In this document: piece after piece, positions 52,779 through 62,354 of the stretch
How the letters are laid out: each line of letters starts with the position of its first letter
Numbering within the stretch: position 1 is the first letter of the stretch
NCBI GenBank assembly: GCA_013336225.1
Contig: JAAXUC010000001.1
Span: 99,949 to 163,948 of the forward strand
Source of the DNA: Candidatus Moraniibacteriota bacterium
GTDB lineage: Bacteria > Patescibacteriota > Minisyncoccia > Moranbacterales > GWC2-37-73
DNA: 64,000 nucleotides
Direction: 5' to 3'
Made by a program: the position numbers and the translations under genes
Notes under the pieces: model-generated
The model's input: only the letters and a program-made list of their open reading frames with translations
Told to the model about the DNA's origin: nothing
Databases searched by the model: none

Positions 52779-53897
52779 ATGTTTACATTGATTTCACAGC
52801 AACAAAAGAAGCGCATTGGATTGCTTAAAACTAAAAACGGTGTAATTAATACGCCGTTTTTCATGCCGATTGCAACTAAGGGCGCGGTAAAAAATGTTTC
52901 TCCTGAAGATTTGCTGGCTTTGGGCGCGGAAATTGTGCTGGGAAACACTTATCATCTTTGGCTCAGGCCAGGAGATGATCTTATTGCGCGGGCAGGTGGA
53001 CTCCATAAATTCATGCATTGGAGTGGACCAATTTTGACTGATTCTGGTGGTTATCAAGTTTTTTCACTTGGCGCGCGAGCCAAAGAAAAATATGGGACCA
53101 ATGGCGTCAAACTTAGTGAGCAAGGAGTTGATTTTGCTGATCCCTTAAATGGCAGCCGACATTTCATGTCGCCGGAAAAATCAATTGACATTCAACTTAA
53201 TCTTGGTTCTGACATGATCATGGTGCTGGATGAATGTCCGCCATATCCATGCTCACACAGTGCTGCCAAAAAATCACTGGAACTCACCACGCGTTGGGCT
53301 GCTCGCTGCCTGACTTATTTTCAAGAAAAAACCAAGCATCTTTCCAGGGAAAACCGTCCCTTGCTTTTCGCGATTGTGCAGGGAAGTGTCTATGAAGATT
53401 TGCGAAAAGAATCAGCCAAGCAATTGACTGCCATGGATTTCGATGGTTTTGCAATTGGCGGTGTGGCAGTGGGCGAACCTAGAAAACATCTCTATGAAAT
53501 TTTGCAGTGGGTGGTGCCCTTTTTGCCTGCTGACAAACCGCGCTATTTGATGGGACTTGGAAAACCTGAAGAATTAGTGGCAGCTGTTGAGGCTGGAATG
53601 GATATGTTTGATTGTGTCATTCCCACGAGAGAAGGTAGGCACGGAAGACTTTTTGTTTGGAAAGAGGGGAACAATTTGAGTGGAGATTTTTATGAAACAA
53701 TAAATATCAATAATGAACAATTCAGGGAAGACTTCACACCGATAGACTCAAATTGTGATTGCTATGCTTGCAAAAACTTCACCAAAGCTTATCTCAATCA
53801 TTTGCTCAGAACAAATGAGCCATTCTTTCTGAAGCTTGCTTCAGTGCATAATTTGAATTTCTATCTGAAATTGATGAAATTGCTCGGCGAAAAATGA
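52779..53897 (+). CDS. tgt: tRNA-guanine transglycosylase
   Basis: TPFFMP, LTDSGGYQ, DEC, FDCVIPTR, CDCYAC...H Zn site. Confidence 0.97.
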   Translation: MFTLISQQQKKRIGLLKTKNGVINTPFFMPIATKGAVKNVSPEDLLALGAEIVLGNTYHLWLRPGDDLIARAGGLHKFMHWSGPILTDSGGYQVFSLGARAKEKYGTNGVKLSEQGVDFADPLNGSRHFMSPEKSIDIQLNLGSDMIMVLDECPPYPCSHSAAKKSLELTTRWAARCLTYFQEKTKHLSRENRPLLFAIVQGSVYEDLRKESAKQLTAMDFDGFAIGGVAVGEPRKHLYEILQWVVPFLPADKPRYLMGLGKPEELVAAVEAGMDMFDCVIPTREGRHGRLFVWKEGNNLSGDFYETININNEQFREDFTPIDSNCDCYACKNFTKAYLNHLLRTNEPFFLKLASVHNLNFYLKLMKLLGEK

Positions 53898-54000
53898 AAG
53901 AAAATCAAATAGCAATACGTATCATATCAATAGGTGCGTAAAATTATAAAAAGCGGAAATTTTTTAGGCTCAGGCCTATTGCATATTTCTAACAAATGAC

Positions 54001-54321
54001 ATGGCAAAAAAAGAAAAAAAAGTCATAAAACAATCAACTGAAGCTGGTAAGCAGTTTTTGGAAGTGAGCAAGTTTTTCAAGATTGTGGCTGATGAAAATC
54101 GCTTGAAGATCTTGGTTTTATTGGAAGGCAGCAGCATGAATGTCACCGACATTCATAGTAAATTGAAGCTTCCGCAAAATCTGACTTCACATCACATTTC
54201 TAAGTTGAAAACTTTGGATCTTCTGCTGGAAAAACGCGAAGGGACTTTCAGGAATTACAGCGTTAATACTAAGAAGCTCAAGGAATACAATAAAATGTGT
54301 AAAGAGCTGTTTAAGATCTAG
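54001..54321 (+). CDS. ArsR/SmtB family transcriptional regulator
   Basis: ADENRLKIL, SHHISKLK, REG winged HTH. Confidence 0.88.
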   Translation: MAKKEKKVIKQSTEAGKQFLEVSKFFKIVADENRLKILVLLEGSSMNVTDIHSKLKLPQNLTSHHISKLKTLDLLLEKREGTFRNYSVNTKKLKEYNKMCKELFKI

Positions 54322-54409
54322 TATTTTTAGTTGCAATTGCATTTGAAAAAGCCCAGCGCAAGCTGCGGCTTTTTTTGATTATGTATAATACTGGATCATG
54401 TGCAATATT

Positions 54410-54528
54410 TTTTTTGTTTCACCTGTTTTTTCTTGAAGCCGTAGCGAACGACAGTGAGGTCCGAGTGAGCAGCCATGAATTTCGGCTGCGAAACGTGCTC
54501 TCAAGAGAAAACAGGTGAAACAAAAAAA
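54410..54528 (-). mobile_element. MITE-like element, copy 3 (inverted)
   Basis: Reverse complement of the 26687/52598 core. Confidence 0.82.
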
Positions 54529-54777
54529 TCCTTCTTTTGCTCCTGGAATATTATATTGCGAGTGACCCACAATACCTGGTTCTTCTGATTTACTCATCTC
54601 CTTTTTTGGCACATTTTTGACTGAAAATCATAGTCAAAAAACTTACTCGCTCTCGCTGCGTAGGTCCTAAAAAGAAAATAAGCAAATCAGAAGGCATCAA
54701 TCTTGCTTTAAGTGTATTTGCAAAAAAAGCTTATTTTAGGTATTATTGATTCATAAGTCTTATGGATATTACATCTT

Positions 54778-55902
54778 ATGAATTCTAAGAAACGCATTTT
54801 TTCAGGAGTACAGCCAAGCGGCAATTTGCATATTGGCAATTATTTGGGAGCGATTGCAAACTGGGTTAAATTGCAGGATGAATTTGATTCCATTTTTTGT
54901 GTGGTGGATATGCATGCCATCACCGTGCAGCAAGATCCTGAAGAATTGAGAAAAAAAACCATTGAAATTGCCAAGATATATTTGGCAGCGGGAATTGATC
55001 CAAAAAAATCATCCATCTTTATTCAATCGCAAGTGAGTGAGCATGCAGAACTTTGTTGGATTTTAAATACAATTGTGAAAAATGGTGAGTTGGCAAAAAT
55101 GACACAGTTCAAAGTTAAAACTGGAATTTTCGATGAATTATCAGAGAGTGAGTCTTCTAAGGAGGTAAAGGAGAAAGCAAATGAAATTGGCGGTGTTGAA
55201 TCGGAAAAAAATGCAAAATATGCCGCGTTTCAATTAGCAAAAAAGATATTCGAAATATACAAAAAAGAATTTAATGATGCTGGTACTGGGCTTTTTGACT
55301 ATCCAGTTTTGATGGCGGCTGATATTTTGCTGTATGGAACTGATGTGGTGCCAGTGGGTGAAGATCAGAAACAACATGTGGAATTGGCGCGTGATTTAGC
55401 CAAAAGATTTAATCAAAAATTTGGTGAGACATTTGTTGTGCCAGAGTCGCGCATCAAAAAAGAAGGGATGCGTGTGATGGGCTTGGATAATCCTGAAAAG
55501 AAGATGAGCAAATCCGCTGAGTCTGTTTATAATCGCATTGAGCTGTTGGATAGCGCTGAAATAATCCGCAAGAAAATCAAAAAGGCTGTGACTGATTCTG
55601 GCTCAGAAATTGTGTATAGCGATGAAAAGCCGGCCTTGAAAAATCTGATCAATATCTATGCAGCATTTTCAGAAAAAACCCCTAAGGAAATTGAAAGCAT
55701 ATATGCCGGCAAAGGTTATGGAGATTTTAAGACTGATTTGGCTGAGATTATCGTGGGATTTTTGACTCCCTTTCAAGAAAGATATGCTGCAATTTCAGAC
55801 CAGGAGGTGTTGGAGATTCTTCGCGCTGGAAAAGAAAAAGTTCAAACACTTGCAAAGGCGAAGCTTGATGAGGTTAAAACAAAAATTGGTTTTATCGTCT
55901 AG
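54778..55902 (+). CDS. trpS: Tryptophan--tRNA ligase with insertion
   Basis: SGVQPSGNLHIGNY, YPVLMAADIL, GEDQ, KMSKS. Confidence 0.98.
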   Translation: MNSKKRIFSGVQPSGNLHIGNYLGAIANWVKLQDEFDSIFCVVDMHAITVQQDPEELRKKTIEIAKIYLAAGIDPKKSSIFIQSQVSEHAELCWILNTIVKNGELAKMTQFKVKTGIFDELSESESSKEVKEKANEIGGVESEKNAKYAAFQLAKKIFEIYKKEFNDAGTGLFDYPVLMAADILLYGTDVVPVGEDQKQHVELARDLAKRFNQKFGETFVVPESRIKKEGMRVMGLDNPEKKMSKSAESVYNRIELLDSAEIIRKKIKKAVTDSGSEIVYSDEKPALKNLINIYAAFSEKTPKEIESIYAGKGYGDFKTDLAEIIVGFLTPFQERYAAISDQEVLEILRAGKEKVQTLAKAKLDEVKTKIGFIV

Positions 55903-56097
55903 CCATTAAATATGTGCTGAATTGCACTATTTGTATTAAGTCGTAAAAAGTTATATAATATATAGTATAATAGTCCTGAGTGATACTCTTGTCATGCAGT
56001 TGTTTGTTTGAAAATAAATAAAATAAAATTTCGAATACTTGTTTTAATTTCAGTTGGTTTAGACGCTCATAAAAATAAAAATAGACACCATAGCAAT

Positions 56098-56496
56098 ATG
56101 ACCACTAACGAAAATAAAAAAAAGATTATACTTGCCGTTGATGATGACGCTGATTTGTTGGAACTAAATGTCATCGCTCTTTCCGCAAAAGGTTTTGAGG
56201 TGCTGGAAGCGGGGAATGGTAAGGAAGCGATGGAATGGTTGGACAGAAAAGGGGATGAAATTGAATTGATATTGCTAGACATTGTCATGCCAATCATGGA
56301 TGGTTTTGAGGTGCTCGAAAAAATACAGAAAAGTGAAAAATATCGAAAAATTCCAGTGATCGTGGCTTCAAATCTGGAAAGCGATGCTGACAGGCAGGCA
56401 GCCTTTGCCTTGGGAGCTAAAGATTTTTTTGAAAAAGTCAAAATGAATCCAAGTAGTGTCGCTGAAAAGATTAAGGAAATAATTGAAAAAAAATAA
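56098..56496 (+). CDS. Single-domain response regulator (receiver only)
   Basis: AVDDD, LLDIVMP..DG, conserved Ser and Lys. Confidence 0.9.
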   Translation: MTTNENKKKIILAVDDDADLLELNVIALSAKGFEVLEAGNGKEAMEWLDRKGDEIELILLDIVMPIMDGFEVLEKIQKSEKYRKIPVIVASNLESDADRQAAFALGAKDFFEKVKMNPSSVAEKIKEIIEKK

Positions 56497-56511
56497 TCAT
56501 TATCTAGCGAA

Positions 56512-57600
56512 ATGAAGAAATTACTTAAAAAATTGTCATGTTGTCTTCCGCCAGTGTTGCTGGATTATTTTGAATGGCTTTTTGCTGATGCGGCCGAAAA
56601 TCAATTGAGAATCACAAAGGCAAACAAAAACAAATTTCGTTCATACACCCAGCTGAAAAGACATCAAAAGAAACTCAAATTTTATGTGGGCGGTTTTTTC
56701 TTGGTGCTGATTTCCTTATTTATGGGCTTGATTATTGGGCCAATCATATCTCCCGCCCCAATTCCTCCTGAGTTGTACATTCCAAATGGAAGAGGTGATA
56801 TTTTGCTGGGAAATATTTCCAAGAATCAAGTGACGATGATTTTCAAGACCTTGGATAGCGCCAATAATAATGAACCACTTGCCACTAAAGCTGTGGTGGA
56901 AGTTTACAATGATGAGAATTACACGAAATTGGTACGCAGAACAACTGAGGATGATTATGCTATTACGCATATTATCCCGGTAGATTCTTTGCAAGAAGGA
57001 AATCTTTATTATATTCGCATTGTCGCCAGACATGATGCAATAACTGGTAGTCAGACCAAGGTTGTTTCTTCTTGGGGCGACGGACGAGATCCGATACGCG
57101 TTTACACAACAGGTGAGATTGCTCAAAGCTGCATCCCAGTTAAGCAAGCTGAGTCTCCGCCAATTGCGAGTGACGAGATTGATGCGGTTAAAATTTCAGA
57201 TGTCATGAATGAATCTCAAAATCAAAATGCAATTGTCGCTAATAATAGTTTGCAAATTTCAAATGTGATGAATGAAAGTTATTTGCAACCAAAAAACAAA
57301 ATTCAGACAATAATTTCTTGGAACACAAACAAGCCAGCCACGACAGTGTTGCTATATGAGGAGACTGCTTCAAGAGAAAAAATTGAAATTATCATCAATA
57401 ATCAATTGCAGGATAAGCATGCGGCAATTTTAACCACCTTGAAAGCTGGAACTGCATATTTGTTTAGTGTGAAATCAGTTGATAAGGACGGCAAGACTGT
57501 GATTTCAGAGCAATATTCATTGCGCACTCCAAAGCCTCAGTCAACGATTAGTGAAAAAATCAAGGAAAGTTTCAAGTCAATCTTCAAGAAACAAAAATAA
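56512..57600 (+). CDS. Membrane-anchored protein with two FN3-like domains
   Basis: TM helix; H.I....L..G..Y motifs and ISWNTNKPA. Confidence 0.65.
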   Translation: MKKLLKKLSCCLPPVLLDYFEWLFADAAENQLRITKANKNKFRSYTQLKRHQKKLKFYVGGFFLVLISLFMGLIIGPIISPAPIPPELYIPNGRGDILLGNISKNQVTMIFKTLDSANNNEPLATKAVVEVYNDENYTKLVRRTTEDDYAITHIIPVDSLQEGNLYYIRIVARHDAITGSQTKVVSSWGDGRDPIRVYTTGEIAQSCIPVKQAESPPIASDEIDAVKISDVMNESQNQNAIVANNSLQISNVMNESYLQPKNKIQTIISWNTNKPATTVLLYEETASREKIEIIINNQLQDKHAAILTTLKAGTAYLFSVKSVDKDGKTVISEQYSLRTPKPQSTISEKIKESFKSIFKKQK

Positions 57601-57622
57601 TCATTACAACAAGTCTTTCAAC

Positions 57623-57652
57623 AAAAACTCCAGAATGATTCTGGAGTTTTTG
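57623..57652. terminator. Bidirectional intrinsic terminator
   Basis: aaaaactccagaat-g-attctggagttttt. Confidence 0.75.
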
Positions 57653-57709
57653 TTTTAAGTATTTCTATTGCCATGTGCAATATATAATTCTTTATGTTAA
57701 GTTTTTTTG

Positions 57710-59092
57710 CTACCCACGGATGATGGCCAGCAGCTCATCTCGTTTTTCCTCCATCAATTTATTATTTTTTGCTTCTACATTTAGTCGTATGAGTGGTTCA
57801 GTGTTTGAGCCTCGCACATTGAATCTCCAATTGTTCAAGTCATTAGTAGTGTCGATAAAATCAAGAGAGACGCCATCTTGCAGATCGCTTTTGGATGACT
57901 GTGCGATGTATTTGAATCTTATTTTCTCAATGACTGCTGAAACGTCAGCAACTTCATTATTGATTTCTCCACTGACATGATAAGTGTCCCAAAACATTTC
58001 CTGAATGATTTGAGAAAAAGGTTTTTCCTGCTTGGAAAGGAATTCCAAGATCATCACAAGTGGTATCATGCCACAATCACAGAAAAAATAATCACGGAAA
58101 TAATAATGCGCACTCATTTCACCTCCAAAAACAGCATTCTCTTGGCGCATACGCTCCTTGATGAAAGCGTGTCCTGCTTTGGTTGGCACATTGGTTCCTC
58201 CATTTTGACTGGCGATATCTTCAATTGCCCAGGTTAGGCGAGTGTCATGCAGAATTTTTTCGCCGTTTTTTCTGTCCAGAAAAATCTTGGCCAGCAGCGC
58301 TGTGATGAAATAACCCTCAATGAATTCCCCCTTTTCGGTGAAGAAGAAGCAGCGATCAGCATCGGCATCCCAAGCAACTCCAAAATCAGCGCCTGTTTCC
58401 ACCACTAGTTTGGAAATTTCTTCCCGATTGGTCGGGATGAGCGGATCTGGTCTGCCCTTGGGAAAATTTCCATCCGGTTCGTAATTTATTTTTACTATAT
58501 CAAGCTTGGTTCCTTCGAGAATTTTTGTCAGGGCGCGTCCACCGACTCCGAAATTGGGATTGGCCACGATTTTGAATTTTTTGAATTTGGAAAAGTCCGC
58601 AAAGGATTGAATTTTTTCGGCGTAATCGTTGAGGATATCTTTTTTCTCAACCAAGCTTTCATTGATTTCGCCATCCAGCACAACCGGATCGACGTCCAAG
58701 GCGAACGCCATATCGCGGATGTCGTAGATTCCGGTGTCGCCGGAAATCGGCTTGGACTGTTCACGCACGATCTTCATGCCATTGTATTCTCCTGGATTGT
58801 GTGAGGCAGTCAAGGTTATTCCTCCAGCATAACCATAATTGGCCACAGAGAAATATAACATGTCAGTTGAAATTTCTCCCACATCAATGACTCTGATTCC
58901 CTGATCGGTGATGGCCTTGATGGCTGCTTTTTTCAGGGCAGGTGAGGAAAGGCGAACGTCGCAGCCGACAACCAATTCTGTCGGTTTGAGAAATTGGCAC
59001 AAGGAAGTGGCAATCTTGTAGACATCAAGCTCATTGATCTCGGTGGGATAAATTCCGCGGATGTCATAAGCTTTGAAAATATTTTTATTCAT
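57710..59092 (-). CDS. Phosphomannomutase/phosphoglucomutase
   Basis: FKAYDIRG, TASHNP, DADADR, GEMSAH, RGSNTEP. Confidence 0.95.
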   Translation of the reverse strand: MNKNIFKAYDIRGIYPTEINELDVYKIATSLCQFLKPTELVVGCDVRLSSPALKKAAIKAITDQGIRVIDVGEISTDMLYFSVANYGYAGGITLTASHNPGEYNGMKIVREQSKPISGDTGIYDIRDMAFALDVDPVVLDGEINESLVEKKDILNDYAEKIQSFADFSKFKKFKIVANPNFGVGGRALTKILEGTKLDIVKINYEPDGNFPKGRPDPLIPTNREEISKLVVETGADFGVAWDADADRCFFFTEKGEFIEGYFITALLAKIFLDRKNGEKILHDTRLTWAIEDIASQNGGTNVPTKAGHAFIKERMRQENAVFGGEMSAHYYFRDYFFCDCGMIPLVMILEFLSKQEKPFSQIIQEMFWDTYHVSGEINNEVADVSAVIEKIRFKYIAQSSKSDLQDGVSLDFIDTTNDLNNWRFNVRGSNTEPLIRLNVEAKNNKLMEEKRDELLAIIRG

Positions 59093-59271
59093 ATAGTCTT
59101 CTTTTAATTCTAAAGTCTAATTCTTAAGGTCTAAAACAAGTCTAAATTCTAATTTATAATTTTACACTTTAGATTTTTAAAGTTAGTCTTTAGATTTATG
59201 GTTTTTATTGGCAAATAAGATACTTGTGTATTATAACCTTTTTTGTTTTTTGCCTCAAGCGCAATGTGCGA

Positions 59272-59387
59272 TTTTTGTTTCACCTGCTTTCTCTTGAGAG
59301 CACGCTTCACAGCTGAAATCTATGGCTGTTCGCTCGGACCTCGCTGTCGCTCGCTACGGCTTCAAGAAAAAACAGGCGAAACAAAAA
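59272..59387 (+). mobile_element. MITE-like element, copy 4
   Basis: Same core and arms as copies 1-3. Confidence 0.82.
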
Positions 59388-59399
59388 TGCTTCTTTCTT

Positions 59400-61604
59400 T
59401 TATTCAAGATGGATGTTAGCTTGAAATTTTCCAAGTTCTTTTTGCAGGAGAGGAAAGTTGCCAAGGTCGGGACTATCAAGCAAGGTTTGCTCGGCGTAGT
59501 CATGGGCAATTTCAATCAATTTTGCATTTGCCAGGTGCTCCATGGCGATGTCTGGCAACCCTGATTGCCTGGTGCCCAGGAATTCTCCTGGTCCTCGTAG
59601 TGCAAGATCTTCTTCAGCAATCTTGAAACCGTTGGAAGTTTTTTCCATCGCCCCCAGGCGCGATTTAGCTTTGGTGGTTTTGCTGCCAGTGAACAAGAAG
59701 CAATAGGATTGCTTGTCGGAGCGACCGACGCGCCCACGAAATTGATGTAATTGCGAAAGACCGAAACGTTCAGCATCTTCAATGATGATAATGGTGGCAT
59801 TGGGAATGTCGATGCCAACTTCCACCACTGAGGTTGCAACCAAAATGTCATATTTTTTATCTTTGAAATCCTGCATCACTTTTTCCTTTTCGGTCGATTT
59901 CAAACGACCATGCAAAAGTCCAAGACTGAGTTTTGGGAAAATCTCACGGGACAAATGTTCATGTTCTTGGGTTGCAGCTTTGAGTTCAGTGAGTTTTTCT
60001 GATTCTTCTACTAGCGGAAAAATGATGAAAGCCTGATGACCACTGGCGATTTCTTTTTCAACAAAATCATAAATTTCTTTGCGTTTGCTGTGAGTGATGA
60101 TTTCAGTGACGATGGACTTTCTGTTTTTTGGCATTTCATCCAGTACAGACAAATCAAGATTTCCAAAATATGCCAAGGTCAAAGTGCGGGGAATGGGAGT
60201 GGCTGTCATGGTCAAGAAATGAGGAATTTTACCTGGCAGTCCGTCATTGATTTTGGAAATTTGCTGCTGCAAATATGCGCGTTGAGCGACGCCAAAACGA
60301 TGTTGTTCATCCACAATCACCAACGCCAAATTTTTGAATTTAACAGCCTCTTGAATGATGGCATGGGTGCCGATAATTATATCAATATTGCCATTGCGCA
60401 GTTCAGCTATTAATTGTTCTTTAGACAACTTATTATTTTTTATGGATTGTAATTTTGAATTTTTAATTTCTAATTTCGATTGAATTTTTAATGTTTTAAT
60501 TTTTAAACATTCATCATTCTGATTTGACTCAAAATTCAAAATTGGAAATTCAAAATTATTAATAAGCTTGTATGCATTTGTCAGCAGTCCAATGTTTATG
60601 TCATATGAGGCGAATATCTTGCAGATACTCTCATAATGCTGGCGAGCCAAAACTTCTGTGGGAGCCATGATCGACACTTGAAATCCAGCTTTGATGGCAT
60701 TCAGGCTTGCGATGGCAGCCACGATTGTTTTGCCGCTGCCCACATCTCCATTTAAAAGGCGATTCATTGGCAGTGGCTTTTCCAGATCTTTCAAGATTTG
60801 AAAAGCAGCTTTGCGCTGAGCATCGGTCAGGGTGAAGGGGAGATCGGAAACAAATTTTTTGATGAGTTCTTCATTAAAGTGCATGGAGACAGCATTTTGT
60901 TTGTCCCAAGAGATTTTCACTTTTTGAGTTGCGAGTTGCACTAAAAATATTTGCTGGAAAGCAAAACGTTTTTGAGCCAGTTCAAATTCTTGCAGTGTTT
61001 TGGGAAAATGCAAGGATTTCACTGCTTCAGACAGCTTGGGCAGATGCAGGCCTTTGAGAATGTTTTCAGGCAGTGGATCAATCAGTGCGTCGGCATATTT
61101 GATCAGGTTCTGCATTTGCCAGCGAATCCATTTGGAAGTGAGACCTTCGGTTTCGGGATAGATTGGCACCAGGCGCCCAGTGTTGGTGGGAGTGCGCGAA
61201 GAAAGTTCCCAAGCTGGACTTCCAAAAAAAAGACCATTTCGATCCTCGGAAACTTTGCCAGAGAGACGCACGCCCTTGCTGACAGTCAGTGAGTCGCTAA
61301 TATATGGCTGATTGAACCACACGGCGCGCACAGTGCCAGTTTCATCGCTGACAAAACATTCCGTGATCATCATTTTCTTTTTCCAAGTGCGCACCATTTT
61401 GCTTTGAGAAATTTCGCCCATCACGGTTGCTGCTTCTCCTGCTTGTAAATCAGCAATTTCAATCCTTTCGGAATAATCTTCATAGCGAAAAGGGAAGTGC
61501 AGCAAAAAATCCTCCACCGTTTCCAGGTTGAGTTTTTTCAAAATTGGCGCATATCTAAGGCCGATGCGCGGAATTTTTTCCAGCTTTATTTTCAAATAAT
61601 CCAT
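59400..61604 (-). CDS. recG: ATP-dependent DNA helicase RecG
   Basis: GDVGSGKT, DEQHRFG, TATPIPR, QFRGRVGR, RGPGEFLGTRQSG. Confidence 0.98.
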   Translation of the reverse strand: MDYLKIKLEKIPRIGLRYAPILKKLNLETVEDFLLHFPFRYEDYSERIEIADLQAGEAATVMGEISQSKMVRTWKKKMMITECFVSDETGTVRAVWFNQPYISDSLTVSKGVRLSGKVSEDRNGLFFGSPAWELSSRTPTNTGRLVPIYPETEGLTSKWIRWQMQNLIKYADALIDPLPENILKGLHLPKLSEAVKSLHFPKTLQEFELAQKRFAFQQIFLVQLATQKVKISWDKQNAVSMHFNEELIKKFVSDLPFTLTDAQRKAAFQILKDLEKPLPMNRLLNGDVGSGKTIVAAIASLNAIKAGFQVSIMAPTEVLARQHYESICKIFASYDINIGLLTNAYKLINNFEFPILNFESNQNDECLKIKTLKIQSKLEIKNSKLQSIKNNKLSKEQLIAELRNGNIDIIIGTHAIIQEAVKFKNLALVIVDEQHRFGVAQRAYLQQQISKINDGLPGKIPHFLTMTATPIPRTLTLAYFGNLDLSVLDEMPKNRKSIVTEIITHSKRKEIYDFVEKEIASGHQAFIIFPLVEESEKLTELKAATQEHEHLSREIFPKLSLGLLHGRLKSTEKEKVMQDFKDKKYDILVATSVVEVGIDIPNATIIIIEDAERFGLSQLHQFRGRVGRSDKQSYCFLFTGSKTTKAKSRLGAMEKTSNGFKIAEEDLALRGPGEFLGTRQSGLPDIAMEHLANAKLIEIAHDYAEQTLLDSPDLGNFPLLQKELGKFQANIHLE
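60451..60557. repeat. AT-rich inverted heptamer element, copy 3, in-frame within recG
   Basis: Reverse complement aligns with 3227-3334; encodes NFEFPILNFE...KLEIKNSKL. Confidence 0.85.
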
Positions 61605-61712
61605 GACTTAAGTATAGCCCATTGTATATATCACATCTAGTGATAATTCAAGCAAGAAAAAAGCCGCTCACATATGTTATGTGAGCAGCTAAAATTTTAA
61701 GCTGGAATATAT

Positions 61713-62354
61713 CTAGCTCAGTGTTGATTTCCCACAGGCCATTCCGGCATGCGCAAATTTTTTCATAAACTCGCGCATGATTAATGACTTGGCCTCATTA
61801 ATTGGAATTCCTTCCATGAGGCTTGTGACGATCGCGTACTGTTCGCTTTCAGCAAAAGCCGCAATCCTAACCTTCATAGGCAATGTGTCAGAATTATGAC
61901 TAATTGACACTAGTGCATGAATACCTAGCCTCTCAACTTCTTCCAGGTCAGCAGCAAAGATTGTAACTTTGGCGCCATCATATTGTCTGACATTGAGATT
62001 AGCCATGATTTGTAGGTGTTCCGGCAGGAGGTCCTTAAAGATACTGCTCGACTCAAAGGACCCCCAAGTTATTTTTTCTTCGTCCACCTCTTTTTTTGCC
62101 AGCTGGAGTTTTTCTTCGCAGCTGTCGGAGCAAGTTGTCCTTAGGAAATGGTCGATGTTATCCACAAACAGTGGCATCGCGCCGTTACATGTTTCGCATG
62201 TGCAACCATTGCCGCTTTTGATGCGAGCCCGAATTGCGGCATACTTATCTTTGACGCAAGTGAACCCTGCGCCTCTGGATAGTAGAGTTTCTCCCATCCG
62301 AATAGCTCTTTTGCTGAGAGCTACTTTTACTGCTTGATCTGACTTTTTGGACAT
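61713..62354 (-). CDS. Hypothetical orphan protein with Cys cluster
   Basis: CTCETC...TCSDSC; TTGACT-17-TAGAAT promoter; AAAGGAGG SD. Confidence 0.7.
   Translation of the reverse strand: MSKKSDQAVKVALSKRAIRMGETLLSRGAGFTCVKDKYAAIRARIKSGNGCTCETCNGAMPLFVDNIDHFLRTTCSDSCEEKLQLAKKEVDEEKITWGSFESSSIFKDLLPEHLQIMANLNVRQYDGAKVTIFAADLEEVERLGIHALVSISHNSDTLPMKVRIAAFAESEQYAIVTSLMEGIPINEAKSLIMREFMKKFAHAGMACGKSTLS

Noticed and set aside
52595..59564. ORFs 52595-52828, 54379-54612, 59322-59564 (also 26613-26795, 49201-49386, 62426-62641)
   Set aside because: These are translations of palindromic repeat elements, not credible genes.
3227..60557. CRISPR array
   Set aside because: No regularly spaced identical repeats with unique spacers, and no cas genes.
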